Assembly (NCBI RefSeq): GCF_010730055.1
Contig: NZ_AP022575.1
Span: 1,395,640 to 1,427,639, forward strand
Origin: Mycobacterium shinjukuense
GTDB taxonomy: Bacteria; Actinomycetota; Actinomycetes; Mycobacteriales; Mycobacteriaceae
Length of the DNA: 32,000 bases
Direction: 5' to 3'
This document shows positions 21,997 to 30,514 of the stretch, piece by piece. Both the position numbers and the translations under genes were made by a program. How positions within the stretch are numbered: the stretch's first letter is position 1; each line of letters begins with the position of its first letter. The notes below the pieces were generated by a model, which saw only the letters and a list, made by a program, of their open reading frames with translations, made no database searches and was not told the origin of the DNA.

Positions 21997-23481
21997 ATGG
22001 CACGCTTTCTGTTTCGGTGCTTAACCCTTGGTGCGGCGCTCGGTTCGCGGACGGGAGGATGTGCGATCAGCAAGCTCGGCTTCTGGAGCGTCGTCATGCT
22101 CGGGATCAACGCCATCATCGGAGCGGGCATCTTCCTGACTCCCGGAGCGGTGATCAAACTCGCCGGACCGCTCGCACCGGTTGCGTACACGCTGGCCGGT
22201 CTGTTTGCCGGTCTCATGGCGGTCGTCTTTGCGACGGCGGCGCGGTATGTCACAACGAACGGGGCCTCCTATGCGTATACGACGGCCGCTTTCGGGCCCA
22301 GGATCGGCATCTATGTCGGTGTCACCCACGCGATTACGGCCTCCATCGCCTGGGGAGTACTGGCCTCCGTGTTCGTCTCGACGTTTTTGCGGGTGGCCTT
22401 CCCAGGGAGGGACTGGGCCGACAGCGACCGGTTACTCGGCGCGAAGACACTGACGTTTCTTGCCTTTATCGGTGTGCTGTTGGCTATCAACCTGTTTGGC
22501 AATCGGGCGATCGAGTGGGCGAACGCAACGTCCACGCTCGGAAAGGTGTTTGCGCTCTCGTTCTTTGTCGTCGGCGGGCTGGTCATCATCGTGGTGGGGC
22601 ACGTGAACAACTATGGAACGTCTCAGGCGGTGTACGAACCGACCCCGTACTGGCTGCTGGGTGTGGTCGAGGGTGGCACAAGCACCGTCTCGAGCCTGGC
22701 GCTTGCCACGATCGTCGCGCTGTACGCATTCACCGGGTTCGAGTCGATCGCGAACGCGGCCGAGGAGATGGATGCACCGGAGCGAACCCTCCCGCGGGCC
22801 ATACCACTGGCATTCGTCGCCGTCGGCGTCATCTACCTGTCGGCGTTGACGGTGGCGATGCTGCTGGGCGCCGACCAGATCGTCGCTTCCCAGGACACGG
22901 TGAAGCTGGCCGCGGCCGTCGGAAACGATACCTTTCGAACGATCGTCACGGTTGGCGCCTTGGCGTCGATGTTCGGCATCAACGTGGCCGCCTCGTTCGG
23001 CGCTCCCCGGCTCTGGACCGCACTGGCCGACAGGCGTGTTCTGCCGACCAGGTTGTCGCGCAAGAACCGTTTCGGTGTACCGATGGTCGCCTTCGCGATC
23101 ACGGCGTTCCTGGCGCTCGCCTTTCCGCTGTCGCTTCGGTTCGACATCATCAACCTCACCGGCCTGTCGGTGATCGCCCGATTCGTTCAGTTCATCATCG
23201 TGCCGATCGCGCTCATGGCGCTGGCGCGCTCCCGGGCTGCCGAGCATGCGGCGGTAAAACGAAATGCCTTTACCGACAATGTGTTACCGATCGTCGGTGT
23301 TTTGGTGTCGATTGGGTTGGCCGTGTCGTTCGACTTTCGCTCGATTTTCTTGTCGGCGGGTAACCCCAACTACTACTCGATTAGCTTGGTCGTCATCACC
23401 TTTGCCGTCGTGCCGGCGATCGCCTATCGCCACTACTACACGATCCTGAGGCGTACGGACGACGCGCCGCGGGCTTGTTAG
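21997..23481 (+). CDS. APC-superfamily amino acid permease, Rv1979c-like
   Basis: From ATG 21997: MARFLFRCL...LGFWSVVMLGINAIIGAGIFLTPG... About 12 hydrophobic segments. FTGFESIANAAEE motif. The upstream part of track ORF 21631.. overlaps echA on the opposite strand and was rejected. Confidence 0.85.
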   Translation: MARFLFRCLTLGAALGSRTGGCAISKLGFWSVVMLGINAIIGAGIFLTPGAVIKLAGPLAPVAYTLAGLFAGLMAVVFATAARYVTTNGASYAYTTAAFGPRIGIYVGVTHAITASIAWGVLASVFVSTFLRVAFPGRDWADSDRLLGAKTLTFLAFIGVLLAINLFGNRAIEWANATSTLGKVFALSFFVVGGLVIIVVGHVNNYGTSQAVYEPTPYWLLGVVEGGTSTVSSLALATIVALYAFTGFESIANAAEEMDAPERTLPRAIPLAFVAVGVIYLSALTVAMLLGADQIVASQDTVKLAAAVGNDTFRTIVTVGALASMFGINVAASFGAPRLWTALADRRVLPTRLSRKNRFGVPMVAFAITAFLALAFPLSLRFDIINLTGLSVIARFVQFIIVPIALMALARSRAAEHAAVKRNAFTDNVLPIVGVLVSIGLAVSFDFRSIFLSAGNPNYYSISLVVITFAVVPAIAYRHYYTILRRTDDAPRAC

Positions 23482-23495
23482 CGCGGTCTGTGCCA

Positions 23496-23735
23496 TCAGA
23501 CATGCTCGGCGGCGCCCGGACGGGAGCAGACGGTGACCGACGGCGGTCCGAGCCGGGTTGGTGGTGCCAGGACTTCCACCCGCATCCCGGGATCGGCAAC
23601 GCGGCCAAGGGCTTTGAACGCCGATGGGCTGTAGGCCCGCAAGGCGCTGACGAAGCCGTCGTGCAGGCCCGGCCGCAGCGGGGCCCACGGCAGCAGCAAC
23701 AGGTGCACCGGTAGTAACAGCGCCGACGACAGCAT
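23496..23735 (-). CDS. Hypothetical 79-aa ORF (possibly a gene fragment)
   Basis: GC-rich third positions consistent with coding. MLSSALLLPVHLLLLPWAPLRPGLHDGFVSALRAYSPSAFKALGRV... I recognise no family. It abuts the truncated TetR fragment. Confidence 0.3.
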   Translation of the reverse strand: MLSSALLLPVHLLLLPWAPLRPGLHDGFVSALRAYSPSAFKALGRVADPGMRVEVLAPPTRLGPPSVTVCSRPGAAEHV

Positions 23736-23737
23736 GA

Positions 23738-24045
23738 ACGAAACGCCGGCCCGAGCACCTGCGGATGATCACCTGGGCACAACTGGAGGGTTTCCCGCTC
23801 GCCCAACCGGAGGTGGACGGCCAGCGCGCGCCCGATCGGGGCATCGCCGCCCTGGAACGCGCGCAGGCCGAGGGACATGTCGACCCCACATGGGAGCCGC
23901 AGCAGCTGCTGGTCCTCCTCTTTGCGATCGCCTTGAGTTGGGCACACGGGCCCGACCCCGATACGGCAACACCGACGCGGACCTCATCGCCACCCGTCGC
24001 GCCGCGGTGGTCGAGGCGGCGGCACGCATCATCAAACGTCCCTGA
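23738..24045 (+). pseudogene. TetR-family regulator C-terminal fragment (no HTH region, frameshifted)
   Basis: ..PEHLRMITWAQLEGFPLAQ...IAALERAQAEGHVDPTWEPQQLLVLLFAIALSWAHGP.. in one frame. It continues in another frame as ..YGNTDADLIATRRAAVVEAAARIIKRP*. No N-terminal HTH coding sequence upstream in any frame. TGA at 23735-23737 closes the frame. Confidence 0.4.
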
Positions 24046-24069
24046 CGTGCCGATCGAGACCGCCGACCG

Positions 24070-24933
24070 CTACTTCGCGAGGGTGAATTGGTTGACGTCG
24101 ATGTAGCCGACCCGGAACATCTTGGCGCAGCCGGTCAGGTACTTCAGGTAGCGCTGGTAGACCTCTTCGGATTGAATCCTGATGGCCTCCTCCTGGTGCG
24201 CCTGCAGCGCCGCGGCCCACAAGTCGAGCGTCTTGGCGTAGTGCGGCTGCAGCGACTGGCGGCGGGTCAGCTTGAAACCCGCCTTCGCGGACTGCTCCTG
24301 CACCATCTCGATCGTCGGCGGGTGGCCGCCCGGGAAGATCTCGGTCTGGATGAACTTGAGGAAACGCGCCAGCCACAACGTAAGCGGCAGGCCGGCGTCG
24401 ATCATCTGCTGTCTGGTCAACCCGGTGATGGTGTGCAGCAACAGCACGCCGTCGGCCGGCAGGATCTTGTGGGCCAGCGCGAAGAAGTCGGCGTGACGGT
24501 CGTGGCCGAAATGCTCGAACGCGCCGATCGACACGATCCGGTCGACCGGCTCGTCGAATTGTTCCCAGCCGTTGAGCAGCACCCTTGTGGTGCGTGGACT
24601 GTCCAGCTGGTGTAACAGCGTCTGGACGTGGGCGGCCTGGTTCTTCGACAACGTCAGGCCGATGACGTTGACGTCGTATTTTTCGATCGCGCGGCGCATG
24701 GTGGCGCCCCAGCCGCAGCCGACGTCGAGCAGCGTCATGCCCGGTTGCAGGCCCAGCTTGCCCAGCGCCAGGTCGATCTTGGCGATCTGGGCCTCTTCCA
24801 ACGTCATGTCCTCGCGTTCGAAGTAGGCGCAACTGTAGGTCTGGCTCGGATCCAGGAACAGCCGGAAGAAGTCGTCGGACAAGTCGTAGTGCGCCTGCAC
24901 GTCCGCGAAATGCGGCGTCAGCTCGTTGGCCAT
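24070..24933 (-). CDS. cmaA1: Mycolic acid cyclopropane synthase (SAM-dependent), CmaA1-like
   Basis: From ATG 24933 (287 aa): MANELTPHFADVQAHYDLSDDFFRLFLDPSQTYSCAYFEREDMTLEEAQIAKIDLALGKLGLQPGMTLLDVGCGWGATM... ...YIDVNQFTLAK. Of the CMAS paralogues it is closest to Mtb CmaA1 as recalled. Confidence 0.85.
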   Translation of the reverse strand: MANELTPHFADVQAHYDLSDDFFRLFLDPSQTYSCAYFEREDMTLEEAQIAKIDLALGKLGLQPGMTLLDVGCGWGATMRRAIEKYDVNVIGLTLSKNQAAHVQTLLHQLDSPRTTRVLLNGWEQFDEPVDRIVSIGAFEHFGHDRHADFFALAHKILPADGVLLLHTITGLTRQQMIDAGLPLTLWLARFLKFIQTEIFPGGHPPTIEMVQEQSAKAGFKLTRRQSLQPHYAKTLDLWAAALQAHQEEAIRIQSEEVYQRYLKYLTGCAKMFRVGYIDVNQFTLAK

Positions 24934-25035
24934 GACTTGATGTTCTGCCTTTCCGGACCGACGACCGCTCCAGGGCACCAAACCGCTCCGAGGATATCCC
25001 CGACCGCACCCGGCGCCAATGGCTACCATCATCGC

Positions 25036-25731
25036 GTGCGCGCCTTGCCTACCCGCAAATCGGTTGATGTTGGTGTCGCGGCGGCCTTGGTGGCAGCCGC
25101 TCTTGCCGTCGCTGCCGCCGTGTTACCGCCCGGGACGCCGGGGGCCGCGGGCTCAGCGGCCGCGGCACGGTGTCCGCAGGTGGAGGTCGTGTTCGCTCGC
25201 GGCCGATTCGAATCGCCCGGGCCGGGCATACTCGGCACTGCGTTCATCAACGCGCTCGGCGCCAGGGCTGGGGGTAAGAGCCTCGGCAGCTACGCGGTGA
25301 AGTACCCCGCCGACTCGGAGATCGACCTCGGCGCCAACGACATGAGCCGCCACATTCAGTACATGGTCAACAACTGCCCGGACACCCGCTTGGTGCTGGG
25401 CGGCTACTCGCTCGGTGCCGCGGTCACCGACGTGGTCCTCGCGGTACCGATGTCGGCGTTCGGTTTCGACAGCCCCCTTCCGCCCGGCGCCGACCAACAC
25501 ATCGCGGCCGTGGCGTTGTTCGGCAACGGCAGCCAGTGGGTGGGACCGATTACGAACTTCAACCCGGTGTACAACGACAGGACCATCGAGCTGTGCCACG
25601 GTGCCGATCCCGTCTGCAATCCGGCCGACCCGAACACCTGGAAAGAGAATTGGCCACAACATCTCGCCAATGCCTACGTCCAGGCGGGCATGGCCAACCA
25701 GGCCGCCGACTTCGTCGCCAGCAAGCTGTGA
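25036..25731 (+). CDS. cut2: Secreted cutinase-like protein, Cut2 (Rv2301)-like
   Basis: From GTG 25036 (alternative TTG 25045): signal-like VAAALVAAALAVAAAV. CPQVEVVFARGRFESPGPGILG.., GGYSLGAAVTDVVLAVP, IAAVALFGNGSQWVGPITNFNPVYNDRTIELCHGADPVCNPADPNTWKENWPQHL. Near-colinear with Mtb Cut2 as recalled. Confidence 0.88.
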   Translation: MRALPTRKSVDVGVAAALVAAALAVAAAVLPPGTPGAAGSAAAARCPQVEVVFARGRFESPGPGILGTAFINALGARAGGKSLGSYAVKYPADSEIDLGANDMSRHIQYMVNNCPDTRLVLGGYSLGAAVTDVVLAVPMSAFGFDSPLPPGADQHIAAVALFGNGSQWVGPITNFNPVYNDRTIELCHGADPVCNPADPNTWKENWPQHLANAYVQAGMANQAADFVASKL

Positions 25732-25783
25732 CGCGCCGCTGAGCGAACGGTGCCGTGACGTCGGCGCCGGCCGCATCGACCGA

Positions 25784-25801
25784 GGTGGCGTAATCGCCAC
25801 C
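25784..25801 (+). terminator. Small hairpin GGTGGCG taat CGCCACC downstream of cut2
   Basis: 7-bp perfect stem, 53 nt after the cut2 stop. No U-tract follows; an A-run comes after it instead. Confidence 0.3.
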
Positions 25802-25970
25802 AAGGCCGCGTGACAAAAAATCAAGATGAATATTGGGGAAACGTCAAGTTCAGGACCGCGTGGCCGGATCGGGCTTGTTGCCGCCGTGGACGCCCCTTTC
25901 GTACGGTCTCGGACACGCGAACACATCGACGTGTTCGACCTGGACCCGCGTGTCGCCGAAGGAAACCCCA

Positions 25971-26270
25971 ATGTCGTTCGTCACTGCGTATCCGGAGTTA
26001 CTGTCTGCGGCCGCCAGCAACCTCCAGTCGATCGGCGCCGCGCTGAGCGTCGGCAACGCGACCGCCGCCGGCCCGACCACCTCGGTGGTTCCGGCGGCCG
26101 CCGACGAGGTCTCCGCGCTGACCGCGGCCCGGTTCGCCGCCCATGCCCAGCGGTATCAGGCGCTGAGCGCTCGTGCGGTCGCGATTCACGAGTCGCTGAC
26201 GGCCACCTTGGCGGCCAGTGCGGGATCATACGCCGCCACCGAGGCGGCAAACGCAGCGGCGGCAAATTAG
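25971..26270 (+). CDS. PE family protein (PE-only, 99 aa)
   Basis: ATG 25971 preceded by GAAGGAAA. MSFVTAYPELLSAAASNLQSIGAAL... DEVSALTAARFAAHAQ.YQ... C-terminal YxxxE (SYAATEAA) type VII secretion motif. The track ORF start at 25833 was rejected. Confidence 0.9.
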   Translation: MSFVTAYPELLSAAASNLQSIGAALSVGNATAAGPTTSVVPAAADEVSALTAARFAAHAQRYQALSARAVAIHESLTATLAASAGSYAATEAANAAAAN

Positions 26271-26295
26271 TAGGTTGATCACATAGGTAGCAAAC

Positions 26296-27432
26296 GTGGA
26301 TTACGGAGTACTGCCACCCGAGATCAACTCCGCGCGCATGTATGCGGGTCCGGGGTCGGGCTCCTTGCTGGCCGCTGCGGCGGCCTGGACCGGGCTGGCC
26401 GCCGATCTGCACGCCGCCGCGGCGGGTTATCGATCGGTGATCTCCGGACTGACCAGCGGTCCGTGGCTGGGACCGGCGTCAGCGGCGCTGGTTTCCGCCG
26501 CGGCACCGTATGTGGCCTGGCTGGACAGCAGCGCGGAGCAGGCCGAGTTGGCTGCCAGCCAGGCGGCGGCCGCCGCCGCCGCACACGAGGCCGCGTTCGC
26601 GTTGACGGTGCCCCCACCGGTGATCGCGGCAAACCGCGCCCTGCTGGCGTCGTTGATCGCGACGAACATCTTGGGACAAAACACCGCGGCCATTGCGACC
26701 ACCGAAGCGGAGTACGTCGAGATGTGGGCTCAGGACGCGGCGGCGATGTACGGCTATGCGAGCGCGTCGGCGGCGGCGGCGACGTTGACCGATTTCGAGG
26801 AGCCGGCGGAGGTGACCAACCCGGCCGGGCTGGCTGGCCAGGCCGCCGCCGTCGCCGTCGCCGAGGCTAGTTGCGCCCCAACCGGGGCACCGGAGTTGCC
26901 GGCGGGCGTGCACTCGGCGGTTACCGGCGCGCTCAAGACGCTGGCCGCGCCCTTCTCCAGCAGCCCGATCGACGACCTCATCGCGCTGTACACCAAGTAC
27001 TGCGCGCCGTTCATGCCGGCAGCGACGTCAACGGCGCAGAGCACCAACGCGATCGTGGCCCTGGCGGCGTTCATGAAGGGCCTGGCTCCGGCGGCCGCCT
27101 CCGCGGTCAAGGCCGCCGAAGGCGCGGCCCAGGCGCTGGGTGCGGCCACCTCCGGGATTGCCGGCAAGGGTGCGGGTGTGGCGGCGAGCCTGGGGCGCGC
27201 GCTTCCGCTGGGGGCACTGTCGGTGCCGCCCAGCTGGGCTCCGGTGACCGCCGTGACCAACCCGGCATTGGCGGCGCTGACCAGCGCCGCGGCGGCACCG
27301 GCCGCCGCGGACGGAATCCACCCCGTGCCGATGACCCCGTTTGGGCCGATGTTCGGAAGCCTTGGCGGGCGAAATCTCCCGACCTACGGGTTCAAGCCCG
27401 CGGTGATGGCCCGACCGCCCGCCGCCGGATAA
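26296..27432 (+). CDS. PPE family protein, PPE-SVP subclass
   Basis: (GTG) MDYGVLPPEINSARMYAGPGSGSLL..., WxG (PWLGP), GALSVPPSWA (SVP motif), and a ..RPPAAG C-terminus similar to the PPE18 group. It starts 25 nt after the PE gene, as in a typical PE/PPE operon. Confidence 0.9.
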   Translation: MDYGVLPPEINSARMYAGPGSGSLLAAAAAWTGLAADLHAAAAGYRSVISGLTSGPWLGPASAALVSAAAPYVAWLDSSAEQAELAASQAAAAAAAHEAAFALTVPPPVIAANRALLASLIATNILGQNTAAIATTEAEYVEMWAQDAAAMYGYASASAAAATLTDFEEPAEVTNPAGLAGQAAAVAVAEASCAPTGAPELPAGVHSAVTGALKTLAAPFSSSPIDDLIALYTKYCAPFMPAATSTAQSTNAIVALAAFMKGLAPAAASAVKAAEGAAQALGAATSGIAGKGAGVAASLGRALPLGALSVPPSWAPVTAVTNPALAALTSAAAAPAAADGIHPVPMTPFGPMFGSLGGRNLPTYGFKPAVMARPPAAG

Positions 27433-27459
27433 CGGCATCATTCCAGGACGCCCGGCCAT

Positions 27460-28641
27460 GTGCTGACTACAGTGCGGCCCATGGAGGTCGGACCGTTGAT
27501 CACACCCTATGCCCACCGGTTCGCTGGGCTGCACGCGGGCGTGCACTCGGTTTCGTCGCCGCTGGGTGCGTGGTTGATCCTGGCTCTGGTGGCGCCGGTG
27601 GCCCGAGGTGCGGTCCGCGCGGAAATCGAGGAGATCCTCGGTACCGACGCCCGGCGGGCTCGGCGGGCGCTGGACCACCTGATCGCCGACCCACCCGATG
27701 CCATTCGGGGCGCGCTGGCGGTCTGGGGCCTGGAAACCATGGGGAGTTGGCCCGGTGGTCTGCCCGCGGGGGTTCACACCGGGCCCGTCCCCACCCAGGC
27801 CGACGCCGACGACTGGGCGCGCACTCACTCCGACGGCCTGATCGAGCGGTTCCCGGTCGATGTCACCGGCATGACGGCAGTGTTGGCCAGCGCGCTGGCG
27901 ACCCGCATCGGCTGGGTTCGGCCCTACGACGTCACCGATGCCGCTGAGCTGAACTCCCCCTGGAGCGCGCAGGTTACCGCGGCGCTGACCCTCAGCGGCG
28001 CCGACGGCTATCTCACCGACGTCGCGGAATTAGGCACCGTCGCCGTGCACACCGCGGCCGCCACCGATGCCCTGCAGGTCACCTCGGTGATCGCAAGCAA
28101 AGATGCTGGGTTTGAGGCGGTGCTGGCCGCCGCGCACGACATCGCGCGCCGTGCTGCCACCGGCCGCACGGTGCGTCGGCGTGAACTGTCGGACATGCCG
28201 CTCGGCGACGGCGAGTTTTGGACGATCACCGAGGATCGCCGGCCCGGCGGCGATCACATCCGCGTGGTGTTACCGGCGTGGCACGCGGCCTCGGACCACG
28301 ACTTGACCGTCGATGCGGGCCTTGGCTTCGGAGCCGCCGGCCGCGCGCTGGCGATGGCGGCGTCGGTGCCGCCCGAGATCGCGGCCAGGCAGTCCGCGCT
28401 GGCCCGCTACGGCCGGTGGGGGTTCGAGGCCGCCGCGGTCACCGCGGTCGCGCTGCGCAGTGCCATGGCGACCTCGCGGCGGTCGCGGTCGGCGACGCTG
28501 CGCTTCGGCCACCCCTATGCGGTGGTGGCGGTGGCGCGTGGCCGCCGACGAGACGATCCGTGGGCGGGCGTGCCGGTGTTTGCCGCGTGGGTCGGCGAAC
28601 CGGCCGAGGTTACCTCGATCCCGGCTGCCGCCATTCGCTGA
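27460..28641 (+). CDS. Serpin-family protein (putative protease inhibitor), no obvious signal peptide
   Basis: Serpin landmarks in order: ..VSSPLGAWLILALVAPVARGAVRAEIEEIL.. (SP.S...AL.M...GA.G.T..E), ADDWARTHSDGLIERF (the W....T.G.I pattern), ASALATRIGWVRPYD, hinge WGFEAAAVTAVAL (G.EAAA.T) from 28420, RFGHPYAVVAV (F..d.PF.f.i) and PVFAAWVGEP. The start is GTG 27460 or ATG 27481. Confidence 0.7.
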   Translation: MLTTVRPMEVGPLITPYAHRFAGLHAGVHSVSSPLGAWLILALVAPVARGAVRAEIEEILGTDARRARRALDHLIADPPDAIRGALAVWGLETMGSWPGGLPAGVHTGPVPTQADADDWARTHSDGLIERFPVDVTGMTAVLASALATRIGWVRPYDVTDAAELNSPWSAQVTAALTLSGADGYLTDVAELGTVAVHTAAATDALQVTSVIASKDAGFEAVLAAAHDIARRAATGRTVRRRELSDMPLGDGEFWTITEDRRPGGDHIRVVLPAWHAASDHDLTVDAGLGFGAAGRALAMAASVPPEIAARQSALARYGRWGFEAAAVTAVALRSAMATSRRSRSATLRFGHPYAVVAVARGRRRDDPWAGVPVFAAWVGEPAEVTSIPAAAIR

Positions 28642-29659
28642 GCTTGCGCCCCAACGAGTCGGCGGCGTTCGTGGCGGCCCGCCCCACGCCGTCGACAAAC
28701 CCGCCGAGGCCGTCGCGAATGCCTTTGATCAGCGGGTCGCTGGATTGGTCGAAGCCGTCCTTGTAGTGCCGGGCGGCCGCGCCCAGGTCGTCGGAGAGGG
28801 AGGCCTGGTCATCGTCGGCTCGTCGTGGGTAATCGCCCGACATCACCCGGCCGTAGCCGCCGCCATCCACCCACGTGGTCAACGCGGCGGCCCGCAGCAC
28901 CGAAAACGGGTGGGTCTGCAACTCCAGGTTGAGCAGCTTGAGCAGCCCGTCACGCATGTCGCCCGATTTTTCGTATTCCCGGGCTTGGGCCAAAAACGCT
29001 TCCGAGTCCAGCTTGTTCAGCCGGTTGCCGCCGGCGAGCTTCATCGCCACCCGAAGCGCGGTGTCCAGATCCTGACAGCACAGCAGCCCGGCGCGGTCTC
29101 CGGACAGTTCCGACTTGCGGTGCCATTCCAGCAATGCCGCCACGATCGCCCGCAACGCCCAGCCACCGACCGGCATGAACCCGAACGACCGCGCCACGCG
29201 CAGCAAGTGCATCATCATCGTGCGGTACACCGCGTGACCGGACAGGGCGTGGCCGAGCTCGTGGCCCACCACGAACCGCATCTCGTCGTGTGTCATCAGG
29301 TCATACAGCCCCGAGGTGACCACGATGAACGGCCGGTCCATCCCGATCGTGTAGGCATCCGCGATCGGCGACTGGGTGACGAACAGCTCGGGTCTCGCCG
29401 GCGCGTCCAGGACGTCGATGCACTCGTTGAGCAGCTCGTCGAGGTCGGCGAATTGGCGTGGTCCGACGCGTGCCGCGCTGGCCAGGTAGAGCAGCCGGTG
29501 CTGGCGCTCCCGCAGCATCCCCGACAGCAACTTCAGCACCTGGTCGAAGCCCTTGAGCCGACGCAACGCCGATAGGGCGGTCCGGTCGGCGGGGTGCTCC
29601 CACGCGCTCGAGCTGATCCCGGGGAACACGGTGCGGGCGGTGGCGGGTACCTGAGACAT
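28610..29659 (-). CDS. M48-family Zn metalloprotease (HtpX/Ste24-like soluble type), Rv1977-like
   Basis: HELGH zinc motif at 29249-29263 (VVGHELGHALSGH) with downstream SELSGDRAG (third ligand Glu). 349 aa. Its 3' end overlaps the serpin 3' end by 32 nt. Confidence 0.85.
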   Translation of the reverse strand: MSQVPATARTVFPGISSSAWEHPADRTALSALRRLKGFDQVLKLLSGMLRERQHRLLYLASAARVGPRQFADLDELLNECIDVLDAPARPELFVTQSPIADAYTIGMDRPFIVVTSGLYDLMTHDEMRFVVGHELGHALSGHAVYRTMMMHLLRVARSFGFMPVGGWALRAIVAALLEWHRKSELSGDRAGLLCCQDLDTALRVAMKLAGGNRLNKLDSEAFLAQAREYEKSGDMRDGLLKLLNLELQTHPFSVLRAAALTTWVDGGGYGRVMSGDYPRRADDDQASLSDDLGAAARHYKDGFDQSSDPLIKGIRDGLGGFVDGVGRAATNAADSLGRKLSEWRQPGSR

Positions 29660-29691
29660 GGCGCGCTCCCCTCGATAGAAGCCAACCTTTA

Positions 29692-29721
29692 CACTACGCC
29701 AGCGTTACTATTCCCGTAGTG
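29692..29721. promoter_or_regulatory. Inverted repeat CACTACG N16 CGTAGTG in the divergent M48 / TetR intergenic region (TetR operator candidate)
   Basis: 7-bp perfect arms at 29692-29698 and 29715-29721, within the 87-bp intergenic region. Confidence 0.4.
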
Positions 29722-29746
29722 ATACGCCGATGGTGGGAGTAATAGG

Positions 29747-30352
29747 GTGCCACCGAGCAATCAGCAACGGCGCGACAAGCTTGTCGACGCCGCCATTGAG
29801 ATCGTGGCCGAACACGGCCTGCATGGCCTCTCGCACCGTGCGGTGGACGAGGCGGCCGTGGTACCGCGGGGCACCACGTCCAATTACTTTCGTTCCCGCG
29901 AAGCGCTGGTGGCTGCCACGGTTGCGCGCATCGTCGATCTTCACTTCGCGTTGATCGCCGAGCTACGGACCCGGCACGCGGGCAACGGTGTCACCGTCGC
30001 CGACTTTCTCGGCGACGTGGTCGAGCACGCCCTGACGCGCTTTCCCGGGCGTTACCTCGCGATGCTCGAGCTGGCGCTGGAGTGCGCCCGAAAGCCCGAA
30101 TTGCGTCGGGAGCTTGACCGCATTTCCGAAAACGCCATGAGGCTCACGCATGAGGCGCACCGTGTCAACGGCGGCGAACCGTCGCGGCACGACGTGGAGC
30201 TGCTCGGCGCGTTCTACCACGGGGTGCTGTTCACCTCGCTGGTCATGCCCCAAACGCTGGGCGGTCGCAGCCCCGGGGAGATCACGCGAACCATGATCGA
30301 CAAGGTTCTTCGACCCGGCGCCGCCGCGCCACCCCCCATGACTTGTGCATGA
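29747..30352 (+). CDS. TetR-family transcriptional regulator
   Basis: (GTG) MPPSNQQRRDKLVDAAIEIVAEHGLHGLSHRAVDEAAVVPRGTTSNYFRSREALV... is the canonical TetR HTH. Confidence 0.9.
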   Translation: MPPSNQQRRDKLVDAAIEIVAEHGLHGLSHRAVDEAAVVPRGTTSNYFRSREALVAATVARIVDLHFALIAELRTRHAGNGVTVADFLGDVVEHALTRFPGRYLAMLELALECARKPELRRELDRISENAMRLTHEAHRVNGGEPSRHDVELLGAFYHGVLFTSLVMPQTLGGRSPGEITRTMIDKVLRPGAAAPPPMTCA

Positions 30353-30514
30353 CCCGGTAGCGCCGGAAAGCCGCGCGGCCAGATCGGCCAGCAGCCGATC
30401 CAGGCCGACCGGCCGGCCGCGGTAGCCACGGCGGGTCCCAGCCGCCACCAGGCGGCGGTGGACCCGATTCACCACCCGGCGCGATACACCGTTGGCTGCT
30501 ATCGTGCCTGGGTT

